Part shown: piece after piece, positions 11,722-23,291 of the stretch
How the letters are laid out: each line of letters begins with the position of its first letter
Numbering within the stretch: position 1 is the stretch's first letter
DNA from: Octopus bimaculoides
Lineage: Eukaryota
Direction: 5' to 3'
DNA: 37,795 nucleotides
NCBI RefSeq assembly: GCF_001194135.2
Contig: NC_068982.1
Span: 6,132,360 to 6,170,154, forward strand
The notes under the pieces: model-generated
The model's database searches: none
Seen by the model: the letters and a program-made list of their open reading frames with translations, nothing else
Told to the model about the DNA's origin: nothing
Made by a program: the position numbers and the translations under genes

Positions 11722-12614
11722 GACAATTATCCGTTGGCATAAATCCGTGTCACGGATGGGACAGTTTGTTAGTGAGCTTTGATTGTTGTGCTTGTTCGTT
11801 TCTTTGCGAGGTGTCTTCTCAGAGAGGAGCTAGAGTGGATTAGTATGTCTAGGCTAGTATGTCTAGTCCTTCTCTTCTTATGGCTCTTCGGATAGCTGTA
11901 GTTGGCCAAAGGCCAAATAAATTTTGTGTATGTTTTCATTCACGAGATATTCTGAAGTAATTTCTGGCCGTGTTCTCCAGGTTTGTGGATAGATTTGATG
12001 CCAACCAACATCAAAACAACTTCATCGCGATCGATCGAAGTAGTAACTCTGTATGGTCATAAGACCGACTAGAAAAAACAGCCAAATGCTTCTCTGCGAG
12101 TATCCTACCGTTTTAATCTATGAGACACACTGGGTAATGTAGTCTTTGTTACACAAACATTCAGGATAGTCAGACATGGAACGCTTCTGATCATGAATTC
12201 CCTTTCAAATCTTCTATATCAATAAAGTTGATTTCTTTTGACAATGCACTTGCTCACTTTTTGTACGAAAAGATTACAGTCGTTGGAATCAAACGTAAAA
12301 TGGCAAATACCCAACCTTCCATATTCATTGTAATATATAATATATTTGTTTATTAAATTTATCAATAATCGAATTCAAAGAGGAATTTGGTCGAGACCTG
12401 GTTATTCTTTTAAGAATTTGGCAATCGAAGTGGAAACACTAGAGTTAATTGAACTTTATAGATTTAGAAAAACAAAAATTCGAAAGTCCGTTTTCAATAT
12501 TCTTATCTATTTTATGAAGACTTCTTAATTCTTAAGTTTTTGAGAAGAGTTAAATATTCTGAATATAAAGTTGGGTGCTTTTCACTTGAAGACATTTTAA
12601 TAATGTAACATTGT

Positions 12615-12820
12615 CTTTTAGCTTTTACTTGTTTCAGTCATTTGACTGTGGCCATGCTGGGGCACCGGCTTGAAGAAATTTTGGTCAAATGAATCGGTCG
12701 CGGTACTTAGTTTTTTTAAGCTTGGTGCTTATTCGATCGGTATATATTGCCGAACCGCTAAGTTACGGAGCCGTAAGCACACCAGCACTGGTTGTCAAAC
12801 GTTTTTGGGGCAAACAGACA
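12615..12820 (-). mobile_element. 3' half of the bipartite SINE, with a LINE-like tail
   Basis: Reverse complement reads ggtgccccagcatggccacagtcaaatgactgaaacaagtaaaag, and gccgaaccgctaagttacg matches the other copies. Confidence 0.8.
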
Positions 12821-12956
12821 CGCATACACACACGCATACGCACACACATACTCACACACAAACACACAAAACACACGCACATACAAATAAAACACATACA
12901 TGTATATATATATGTGTGTGTGTGTGTGTGCGTGTGCGTGTGCGTGTGTGCGTGCG

Positions 12957-12957
<1 letters not shown>

Positions 12958-13031
<74 letters not shown>
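12958..13031. repeat. (TA)n microsatellite
   Basis: Read directly from the sequence. Confidence 0.95.
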
Positions 13032-13034
<3 letters not shown>

Positions 13035-13189
13035 TCTGTCCCTGTTGCAATCTGATGCTCTTTAAATATAGATATCTGAAAGAAAAAGAAAGTGCAAGAC
13101 ATTCATAATGCATATGAACGCATCAATATAGACAAGAGCAGTTTTGAATTTGTCATATTACCAAACGAAAAAATAAATAAAATGTGGTG

Positions 13190-13700
13190 TTTTCATTATT
13201 TAGTTCAAGTTCAGTTCCCCACTTTAATAAGAAGACCACTTCCGCCATTGACAAGGCTATCCGCAGGGAAAAAGTCGACATCCTACTGGCCCATCCAGGA
13301 CCGTCCCTACGTAAACACCTACCGACGAAGTGGTCACGTGCAGCACAGCAGCCCTGCACATTAACGATTTTCCTCCCATTCGTGACACTAGCATGTGCCC
13401 ACGTACGTGTTTAGTTTAACAGATACGATGCTCCAAATGTAACAACTGCTACATCGGTAGCACAGTACGACCATTCCACGTCCGAATTAAGAGGCAGCTC
13501 ACTACCAATGCGTTTTCCTTTTGCAAGCAGTTGACCAGATGCGACAACACCATCAAGGAGATAGACGTCTCCATACGGCCTCGGAGAGGAATAATGGTAA
13601 TCTACATATAAAAGAAGTTCTATTGATCCACCTCCTCAACCGGAAAATTAACAGTCGATCGGAGTTGAGCCGATGGCTCCTATGAAAGCGACACAGCAAC
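13190..13700 (+). mobile_element. Second Penelope-like GIY-YIG fragment, decayed
   Basis: PHFNKKTTSAIDKAIRREKVDILLAHPGPSLRKHL...PIRDTSMCPRTCLV*QIRCSKCNNCYIGSTVRPFHVRIKRQL.../ERNNGNLHIKEVLLIHLLNRKINSR. It is homologous to the 11446-11925 copy, with a stop and frameshifts. Confidence 0.85.
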
Positions 13701-13890
13701 AGCGACCAACATAATATATACCACCACCACCACCATCACCACGTGACTATACGCCGCAACACCCAACGGCCGAAAAGCTGCCTACACCAACAGCTGTCAA
13801 CCTGTTGCTACTGCTGCTAACCCATCACAACATCACATCATCGAACAGATGGTGAGTTGCCAACACCAACAGTTGGATGTTTGTTTACAC

Positions 13891-14360
13891 CAGGGATAGG
13901 GAAACCTTTTAGTGCGGTGGGCAAAAATTTCCTAAGCAAAAGGTCCATAGGCGGATCACAGGTTCTAACTCTAAAATCTGTGCAATTCTTGCATATATCC
14001 CCGTATAATTTGATGTACATTAATAAAGATAAGTTTAACACATTAAATTAACGTGTAACATCTTCATTAACACCGCCACTGAATCTAGGACGTTTATATT
14101 ACTTATGTGGTATTCTATATTTTTCAGCTAGAGCGTAGTTGGGTCTCAAGGGAGTGGTATAAACCTAGCAATATGTGTTTTATAGTGAAAACAAAATTTC
14201 GATTCAAATGGCAATTACCGGACGATTTCTGACTATTTTAAGTTGTAGTCGAAACGTGACCTATGTCGCAAATAGGTATACGAGTATATCAGCCTGCGGG
14301 CACAATAAAACGGGCTCGCGGGCGCAATTGCACCCGCGGGCGGGAGTTTCCCCACCGCTG
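13891..14360. mobile_element. hAT-like MITE
   Basis: Imperfect TIRs CAGGGATAGGGAAAC (13891) and GTTTCCCCACCGCTG (ends 14360). The flanking 8-mers gtttacac/gtttgaaa are a 5/8 match as a degraded TSD. Confidence 0.55.
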
Positions 14361-14478
14361 GTTTGAAAGAAGCCGATGCACAAAAAGGCTAGAAATGTGG
14401 GTAAAACTATTAGATGCAACAACAGAGGCAGACTGTGTGGATGTCATCCACATCATAAATAGTTGGCTGAAAATATCC

Positions 14479-14548
14479 TTTTCTACTCTAGGTACAAGGC
14501 CCGAAAGGGGAGGGGAGTCAGTCGATTAGATCGACCCCAGTATGTAAC
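14479..14548 (-). mobile_element. 3' fragment of the Meta-like SINE
   Basis: ttttctactctaggtacaaggcccgaaa...gtcgattagatcgaccccagta is the reverse complement of the tail of the 33216-33434 copy. Confidence 0.8.
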
Positions 14549-14666
14549 CACATGGTTCCGTGTTCGGTCCCATTAAGTGGCACCTTGGGCAAGTGTCTTC
14601 TGCTATAACCTCGGGCTGACCAAAGCTTTGTGAGTCGATTTGGTAGATGGAAACTGAAAGAAGCCC
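14546..14666 (+). mobile_element. Duplicated head segment of the CORE-like SINE
   Basis: Aligns with 14702-14822 and shares private variants with it. Confidence 0.8.
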
Positions 14667-14667
14667 T

Positions 14668-14830
14668 CAGGCGTGGCTGTATGGTAAGAAGTTTGCTTCC
14701 CAACCATATGGTTCCGGGTTCAGTCCCACTAAGTGGCACCTTGGGTAAGTGTCATCTGCTATAACCTCGGGCCGACCAAGGCCTTTTGATTGGATTTGGT
14801 AGACGGAAACTGAAAGAAGCCTGCCCTATA

Positions 14831-14863
<33 letters not shown>

Positions 14864-15040
14864 CTGTTTATTCCCCTCACCATCGCTTGACAACGAGTCC
14901 CCGTAACTTAGCGGTTCGGCAAAAGACTCCGATAGAATAAGTTCTAGGCTTACAAAGTATAAGTCCTGGGGTCGATTTGTTCGACTAAAGGCGGTGCTCC
15001 AGCACGGCCGCAGTCAAATGACTGAAACAAGTAAATGAAA
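14668..15040 (+). mobile_element. Near full-length bipartite SINE (tRNA/CORE-like head, internal (TG)n, LINE-like tail)
   Basis: A/B boxes, CORE-like block, (TG)n at about 14830-14865, and tail ggcggtgctccagcacggccgcagtcaaatgactgaaacaag. Confidence 0.88.
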
Positions 15041-16647
15041 TAACAGACCTGACATAATGATCTGGAACTGTTAGCATAACATTAAAGAACAGTGAAAAAG
15101 AAAACAATTATGCTGAAGTGACGAGAAATCTTTGGTTACTCCACCCGAATAACAACATAGGATTTCTTGTAACTTGACCCTCAGCAATTCTCTATGGAAG
15201 TTTATTCTCTAGAAACTAGAAGAATTCTTAGTTGAAAAAGACGAAACTTCAACTGGTGTTGGAGAGTAAATTCAATGGTATAACGATAATGGGTAACGAC
15301 GATATGCCCGAAGAAACGAGAGAAGAAAAATATTAATCGCCAGTTGGATGGCCCTTTATTTTTACCGTTATCGTTCCAAAGTTATAAGTCCATTCCTTGT
15401 GGTAATTAGCTTCATCTGTGTGTGATTACTAGAGAGGAAAAAGGAAGGATAAGAGAGTTTTTTTCAAGTAGGAGTCAGAGCTGTGTCGTCGCGCAATGAA
15501 AGGCCATATGTGAAGTGAAAAAACAAAGATAGTCTTTGTCCAGGGGTCGAGCGACCAAAGTGAGAGAACCGATTTGAGGTTGCTTATTTATATTTTTTCT
15601 AACCAAACTAGGTCAAGCTAAACAAAGGATTTTTCTTCAGTGTCAGCTTTGACCCAAGTATGATTCGAAAAAGATTAAGATGTCAGCTTACTCTCATAAA
15701 TGTCATAGCGCCAAAGTCAGGAACAACAGGAAGAAAGTTGTAGGAAAATGTCGATTCGATTTCGAATCCTGGCTTAGAAATTTTGAAATTATTTGTTCCA
15801 ATAGAATGTAACATTGAAAGTGAGGAATATTATTAGATATTTGCAAATAATATTAAGGAAAAGAAGTCACCGTCTACGAACTACAGACCATAGCATAGCT
15901 AGGATTTATGTCACGCAAGGCGGTTCTTGATGATAAACACAACATAACGCATATTTGAAGTTCTACCCACACAGAATGTTACCCCAGGAAAAGCATTCCT
16001 TGTCCTCCTTCTCTTAGCTACGCTGCCGAGTACAGACTGGTCCAGAAGTCACTTTCTATTTTGAAAATTATCATTAAAGCATCAATAATATATTGTACGA
16101 TAGCATGGATAATATCTTTGCATCTCGAATAGAGAGAGAATAAGGAGCTTCTTTTGTTGTTGTTGTTGCCGCTGCTGATGTTTTCGTCATAGGTCTGCTT
16201 AATCGCCGCTGACAACGCTAAACAGCGGCTGCAGCAGCACAGCTCCCCGCCCCCCACCAGCACCACTATTACCACCACAAACAACAACGAAGTTTTAAAA
16301 TGGCAGTGATTTTTCGATTATCTTATATCGTGATAGTGGTCAGTAAAATGATGAAACGAAAGCACTGAACTTAATATATTTGAAGACAATCAGGAAAACG
16401 CGTGTCGGCTAAAAGCGCAGTCATATCTTCGTCAAATTACACCCGACCATCTTGAAAAGTCTTGGATATATCGTAGGTGTCCAATACTAGAGAACAGAAC
16501 CGGTCAATTTTTGTTTTTATTGTCATGTTTTATTTTTCGGTTTGAAAGTGCCTTCGTCATAAGTTTGCTTAATGCTCGCAGCAATCACCAGCATCATCAC
16601 AAAACGCGTGCGCGCACGCACACATATGTATACATACATATATGCAT

Positions 16648-16718
<71 letters not shown>

Positions 16719-16759
16719 CGCACACACACAAGCATATATGAAATATGATATATACATAC

Positions 16760-16817
<58 letters not shown>

Positions 16818-17343
16818 AGAGAGAGAGAGAGAGAGATAGAAAGAGATAGATAGATATCCTTTCTCCTATCTGGCATGGAATGAAGACTTCTTATGATAGC
16901 ATGAAATTATAACATTATCACTAACTTCTTAGTCATGACTAGCACAAGCGAAACCGGTCGACTATGTAAATAGTTTATATATACATACATACATATAAAG
17001 AATAATAATAAATGGAGTAAAACGCATATAATCAATAAGTTCCTTTAATTCCTACATATGTTTCAAAATATATGTGCACTCTACTCCAAAGAAATAAGAG
17101 GTGCTGGAATTGAAGATAAATTCATCGTCAGGGAACCAAAATTAAAGTTTAGATAGGAGACGTTAAAATGTAGTATCCAAATCTTGTTTTGGGTATGTCC
17201 CCAGAAGTGTACCTTCAGAGCGCGTTCACCACATACGGCTACCATGGCGTCATCCGCAGTACAGTACTTTAGTCGTAATATTTACGCAACGAATTCCTCG
17301 GTGCATTTTTAGAATATTGTAAATAATTGATCAGGAAGACACC

Positions 17344-17548
17344 GTGTACTGTAAGCTTTATTTAGCACGACGATCGTTTCGGCTTACATCTGTAATGCTC
17401 TCTACTGCTCCATCAGGTTACATAATGATGAGGTTTCTTCTGCACTGTGGGGTGGATTCGACTTCATTATAATCGTTCCTCGCCCACTAAGGAGCAGTAC
17501 AGACGTAAGCCGAAACGATTGTCGTGCTAAATAAACCTTACAGTACAC
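17344..17548. mobile_element. Foldback MITE with 57-bp inverted repeats
   Basis: 17344-17400 versus the reverse complement of 17492-17548 shows 4 mismatches in 57 bp, with a 91-bp spacer. Confidence 0.8.
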
Positions 17549-18787
17549 TCGGACTTCCCTATCAACCACTTTATATATATATATATATATATATNNNNNN
17601 NNNNNNNNNNNNNNNNNNNNNNNNNNNNNNNNNNNNNNNNNNNNNNNNNNNNNNNNNNNNNNNNNNNNNNNNNNNNNNNNNNNNNNNNNNNNNNNNNNNN
17701 NNNNNNNNNNNNNNNNNNNNNNNNNNNNNNNNNNNNNNNNNNNNNNNNNNNNNNNNNNNNNNNNNNNNNNNNNNNATATATACACACACAAACACACGCA
17801 CACGTTCACACACATGGTTACTTGACTGGAAAGTACAGCGGGTACTACTTATAGATGCTTACACACACACACACACACACATATGCACACGTCATGTGCG
17901 CACGCGCTTGTGTGTGTGAATTTATTAGCTAAATTTTCTTTCTGGAGAACTTTTTTGATACATTCCACCACATTTTGTAATTTTATACTTTTTCTTTACT
18001 TTTTGAAATTGATCTGAACAAGTGAACCAACTTTCGAAGACATAAAACTGCTATGTGATGCGAGGGTACTACTTTATACTCACCATGCTAGAAATAACAG
18101 CCGAATCTCTCCTTGGATTATAACATACCACTGTCTCAAGTATAAAACAAACGGGACGGACATACTAGATTGTAACAAGAGGTTTACCAGTTTAGGAAGA
18201 ATATTTAGATGTGTGCACGTAAGAAGGTTTGAAACGTATAAATGCATGTTTTACATAAAGGTAACGATAAAATCAGAAAGCAATGCTTTTGGTTAGCAAA
18301 CCTAATTTATTCCTTGCTCACACATGAAGTAGCTGGCAGGACAGAGGTAAGCGTACAAGACAACAAGGTGTAGGAGGCATAGGTTAATTCCTTAATACAC
18401 ATCAAGGTAGTTAGCTCTGGTACTTGACTGCAGATCTAAAACATTCAATAACTTTTGAAGTGATAGTAAGGCAAGGTAGAAATCCCATAGCGTGTCGGGC
18501 TAGACGAGCCATAAGCTCGTCGATAGATTAGTGTCTACATCTGAATGGGATAAAGTAAAGCAGCGACGAAAGGGAGCCAGATGTTAACATTCCGACATTT
18601 AGACAGCGACTGGATAAACCGCATTTGAAAAGCGCGTGCTATTATTCTGGGCGGAAGTCGTCATGTGCATTCCTCTGCCGTTAGCTTTTTTAGAGCGGAG
18701 GAACGCAGCACCAATGTGCTGCTATGCTGGGGCGAAGTAATTCGACTGCTCTGCCAATACTATAAGACTCCCTTGTAGTTGTGGATG

Positions 18788-18910
18788 GATCCCGAAAGTA
18801 TGAAAGGCAAAGTTGGCCTCGGCGGAATTTGAACTCAGACCACTAAGATGGATGAAATGCGGCTAAACATTTTTCCCGGCGCGGTAACGATTCTGTCAGG
18901 TCTCCACCTT
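18788..18910 (-). mobile_element. 5' portion of the Meta-like SINE
   Basis: cccgaaagtatgaaaggcaaagttggcctcggcggaatttgaactcaga is the reverse complement of the B box plus central domain. Confidence 0.75.
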
Positions 18911-19393
18911 AACCCAATTTAATATTGAATCTCAAACTCATGTCAACATATTCGATCTAAATACCGTTTCTCATGAAACTTGAAGCGCACTATAACTTTC
19001 GAAGCCAATTAATTGGTCGGATTTCCTAACACAGCTCTAAATTTGCTTAATTAGTAACACTTCTAACCTATCTTATACATTTTCCTGTGTGAATGAGTGG
19101 GAAGATATTCATAAGGTCATAAACATTATTTCTGATGTTTCTACATATTCAGTGCGTTTGTCTATATGTTCTATAAATAGGTATATTGCATTTTATTTCA
19201 GAATATACAATTCATTACAGAAATGTATTTGTTACACGTTTTACGATAGATTAGAAATTTCTCATTAACATAACACTACAATAAAAGACGCCCTATGTGG
19301 CTACTCGACCTATCAACCAAATCTCTCTCAAACAACATCCAATTCTCTCTCTCTTCCTCTTCTTTCTTTCTTTCTTTCTTTCTTTCTGTGTAT

Positions 19394-19432
<39 letters not shown>

Positions 19433-19799
19433 TGTGTGTGTGTGTGTGTGTGAGTATGTGTATGGAATATAAATAATATTCAGTTGAATTTGGTACTTAA
19501 ATTGGTCGGAATAATACATACACACACACACACACACACACACANNNNNNNNNNNNNNNNNNNNNNNNNNNNNNNNNNNNNNNNNNNNNNNNNNNNNNNN
19601 NNNNNNNNNNNNNNNNNNNNNNNNNNNNNNNNNNNNNNNNNNNNNNNNNNNNNNNNNNNNNNNNNNNNNNNNNNNNNNNNNNNNNNNNNNNNNNNNNNNN
19701 NNNNNNNNNNNNNNNNNNNNNNNNNNNNNNNNNNNNNNNNNNNNNNNNNNNNNNNNNNNNNNNNNNNNNNNNNNNNNNNNNNNNNNNNNNNNNNNNNNN

Positions 19800-19944
19800 G
19801 GGTCGCCACCACCCCCTGCCGGAGCCTCGTGAAGCTCTAGGTGTTTTCGCTCAATAAACACACACAACGCTCGGTCTGGGAATCGAAACTGCAATCCTCC
19901 GACCGCGCGTCCGCTGCCCTAACAAGTGGGCCATTGCGCCTCCA
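19800..19944 (-). mobile_element. Head of a third tRNA-derived SINE family (truncated by the gap)
   Basis: Minus strand reads ggaggcgcaatggcccacttgttaggg (A box)...gtttcgattccc (B box), then gttgtgtgtgtttattgagcgaaaacacc. Confidence 0.7.
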
Positions 19945-20288
19945 CGGTACTTACATTAGGTCAGAATAATATACACAAACAAAAATATCACACTTGGTGC
20001 ATAACTACCAGCCAAATGATATATTTGCCGTGTATGTAGACAATTAAGACCCAGCCGAGTGAAGAAATTCACTCTTCAGCTATTCAGACATGTTCATTAT
20101 ATTAAATATATGATCCTTAATATTTATGAAGGGCAGATTCCGAGATAGGTGAATAAAATATGAGTAACAGTAGATGTACAGGTGTCAATACATTACGGCC
20201 GTTTCTAACGACTCCTTTAATTAATTAATGAAATCATGGAAGACTCTCAAAATAGACAATCCTCAATCAAAATTACTTTCGTTTAATA

Positions 20289-20335
<47 letters not shown>

Positions 20336-20955
20336 ACTCTGCCATCAAGTTCCACAAAATATTTCATCATCACCGCCATACTTATTTCTATGAGATTACC
20401 CGTCGCCATTCTCTTCCTCATAACTACCAAAAGAAGAAGTATCGCTAACTTGAATTTTGAGACGCCCTTTTGTCGAGTATCAATTTGTCAAAAAGGGTTT
20501 ATTTATAACAGTATTAACACATGGAATAATATTTTACCACGAAAGCTAAAAGACATTTTTTTCGCTGACAAATTTCATAAAATCATTAAAACCCACCTTC
20601 TGCTGACCCAAGCTCATTTGTAAACTTCTTTTCTATAGACCTACAGTGTTTCTAACATTTGTAATATTTTATATTTCCAGACTTAAAGAGATTTACTTTC
20701 TTTTATACGTTTTTAACTGCCTTGCTTGCATGCAAAAACTGTCTCTTTTTCTTTGTTTCTATAATTATTGACCTATTTATTTTTATGTTTTGACCTCCTA
20801 CAAACTTGCCCAAATCAGCCACGTTGCCAAAGGGCTTAATCCAATTTTTTATGCAATTTCTGATAAAAAATTTTTGTAATTTTTACTTCTTGTAATCCAT
20901 GAAAAAAGAAATATCCGATGTCAGTTGGATTAATAAATTTATTTATTATTTATTA
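20336..20955 (+). mobile_element. L2-group LINE: ORF2 C-terminus and 3' UTR
   Basis: PHNYQ/(T)RSIANLNFETPFCRVSICQKGFIYNSINTWNNILPRKLKDIFFADKFHKIIKTHLL resembles the HNYNTR...WN-LP-LK...FK tail. The UTR ends in AATAAA plus an (ATTT)-like tail near 20930-20955. Confidence 0.7.
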
Positions 20956-21818
20956 AAACATTAGATCTTCCTAAAGAAACCGTTTTCGTCAGAAGAATTC
21001 ATGAGCTTCAAAATAGGGGACATTTTGGAAAGATGTAACATAGTTTAAAACCCGCGGAGTAAAAACATTTACAGTGATTCTGCTAGTGTTTCAGTTGGCA
21101 GATTCATTTATATATATATACATGTGTGTGTATGATGAAAGAAAGAAAATGAAGGATTATGGATGTATAAAGAATTTATTTGCATGATATAAACATGTTA
21201 AAATTTTTTATAACAACAATACAAATAAATTATAACCAGTAAAGCACTAAAAGTAATGGCAGATGCCAAAAACCTACATATATGTTTCGATTCATGCCCT
21301 AGGTGATACGTAATTCTAAGCATTTGGTCATATTCTAAGAATTGGAATCATTTTCAGCTATATGGGGCAATCCCTAATTGTCGATCTAACATCCTCGAAT
21401 TGACTATATATATATAAATATAAATAAACACACATAATAATTTTTAAGTATATAATTATGAATATAATTATAATTAAGGTCTCTGGAATGCCAGCACCTT
21501 CGCTAGAGGTACATGTGAAATACCTACAATCCACTCTAAATGTGTTCTCAATATATAAACCACAGGTCGAATGCGAGGAAATGAGCAAAAAGATTTACAA
21601 AATTTCGGATAATTCTGTATCTGAAGGTTTGATGTTCTGCAATAAAAATTGCTTTGCAATCCTCAGTGGAAATACACCGATAAATATATAAGCAAGAAAT
21701 ACATTTCCATACCGATAAATCCACTCGTAGACACCAACACATACATGCATTTCCCGCATATACATTCCATTTTATACGCTAGGCCATTGATACAATCATT
21801 TTTATGATTATATCCTTA

Positions 21819-21852
<34 letters not shown>

Positions 21853-22115
21853 NNNNNNNNNNNNNNNNNNNNNNNNNNNNNNNNNNNNNNNNNNNNNNNN
21901 NNNNNNNNNNNNNNNNNNNNNNNNNNNNNNNNNNNNNNNNNNNNNNNNNNNNNNNNNNNNNNNNNNNNNNNNNNNNNNNNNNNNNNNNNNNNNNNNNNNN
22001 NNNNNNNNNNNNNNNNNNNNNNNNNNNNNNNNNNNNNNNGGAAACAGAAGAAAGTCTAATAGAAGGAAAAACGGAGGAAGAAAATCGCCAAGGGTTCACA
22101 TGTGGCTACATTTTG

Positions 22116-22159
<44 letters not shown>

Positions 22160-22239
22160 AGAGAGAGAGAAAGAGAGAGACATACATGCTTATTGTACAT
22201 TTTTATGTTCAAACTGACCAGACCCCCACCCCAGCCCAA

Positions 22240-22810
22240 AACTGAACGTAAACCTTACAGGGTACACTGGCCTATAGGTGATTACAATCCCAGAATCTAA
22301 ATCAGTGTGGGGGACCCGAGTATCGACATGAGTGATGATACCTCTGTCCAAGTGCACATTACCAAGATGGCGGTAAAGTGCAGACGACTGGCTAGATGGA
22401 TCCTGAAAACCTTCAGAACCAGAGAAAAGGAAACCATGATAGTGTTCTGGAGGACATTCGTCCTCAGCCGCTGGTCTACCGCTCCCAACTATAGTCACCC
22501 CACTGTGTAAAATTAACAGCAGTTCTTAAAGCAATCCAGTGAAGCTTCACAAACGAGATTGTCTTATTGCAATAGCTCAGCTACTGGGAAAGGCTGAAAC
22601 AGCCAAGACTCTACTCCCTGGAATGAAGGCGGGCGGAATATGCAATAATATACATCTGGAAGATCCTAGAAAGGATTGTGCCAAATTTTGGCATTGAAAC
22701 TTACACAAATGCCAGAACAGGTCACCAATGCACAGTTCCAAAGATCTCAGCAATTCAGGACCAGTTAGTTCAACATCCTTGGTTTCAGAGGCCCACAGGT
22801 TTTAATATTC
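22240..22810 (+). mobile_element. CR1/L2 (jockey-group) LINE ORF2 fragment, copy A
   Basis: SDDTSVQVHITKMAVKCRRLARWILKTFRTREKETMIVFWRTFVLSR...SYWERLK..LYSLE..R..YAIIYIWKILERIVPNFGIETY, decayed. Homologous to 23292-24260. Confidence 0.85.
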
Positions 22811-22814
22811 ACGA

Positions 22815-23010
22815 GAAGAGGTATGTTAGCTTGACGCTCGGTGAAAAGAGAGAGTTTAACGTTTTGAGCATAGCTCCTCATCGGAAAGGAGAAAGGGAAA
22901 ATTCCAAAGAAGGAAGCGAAGAAGAAATAGGCAACAGACCACGTGTAGTTACATTGCTGAAGTGACCGGAAGTAGACAGAGATAGGGAAAGTGTTTTGGG
23001 GGGACAGGAG
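22815..23010 (-). mobile_element. Penelope-like pLTR fragment with a degenerate hammerhead (22855-22887)
   Basis: Minus strand reads TTT-CCGATGA-G-GAGC(tat)GCTC-AAAA-CG-TT-AAA, the same layout as the other minimal hammerheads but with two core substitutions. Confidence 0.5.
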
Positions 23011-23022
23011 TGTGAAGACGGT

Positions 23023-23071
<49 letters not shown>

Positions 23072-23160
23072 GTGTTTTTGTGTGTGTTATGAGTGTGTGA
23101 GGGGTGGGGGTGGGGTGGATCTCTGTGCTCGTGTTTGTTTTTGCGCTTGTGTCGTTCATG

Positions 23161-23291
23161 CAATTTATTGACCCCGAAAGGATGAAAAGTAAAGTCGACC
23201 TCAGCGGAATTTGAACTCAGAACATAAAGACAGGCGAAACACCACTATGCATTTCACCTTGAGTGCTAACGTTTCTGCCAGCTCGTTGCCT
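23161..23291 (-). mobile_element. 5' half of the Meta-like SINE
   Basis: gaccccgaaaggatgaaaagtaaagtcgacctcagcggaatttgaactcagaac...gctaacgtttctgccagctcgttgcct is the reverse complement of the 9751 copy. Confidence 0.85.

Larger units (their letters stand above)
11100..11925 (-). mobile_element. Penelope-like element 3' portion (linker, GIY-YIG and pLTR with hammerhead)
   Basis: Linker TAIRRAIRREGLDIL..IHSSSSLRRHLAKK (11800-11910, with a 14-bp tandem duplication at 11841-11866), a GIY-YIG ORF, and a hammerhead 300 bp downstream. Confidence 0.85.

Noticed and set aside
13840-13880. Hammerhead relic downstream of the second PLE (GGTG...CACC stem)
   Set aside because: The position and stem fit, but both CUGANGA and GAAA are missing, so it cannot be called.
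20050-20082. GAGTGAA-gaaa-TTCACTC hairpin next to a minus-strand CTGAAGA
   Set aside because: No GAAA follows helix II on that strand, and a lone 7-bp hairpin is expected by chance.
21358-21742. Cluster of short ORFs and splice-like sites as a host exon
   Set aside because: No recognisable domain, and no frame is favoured over the others.
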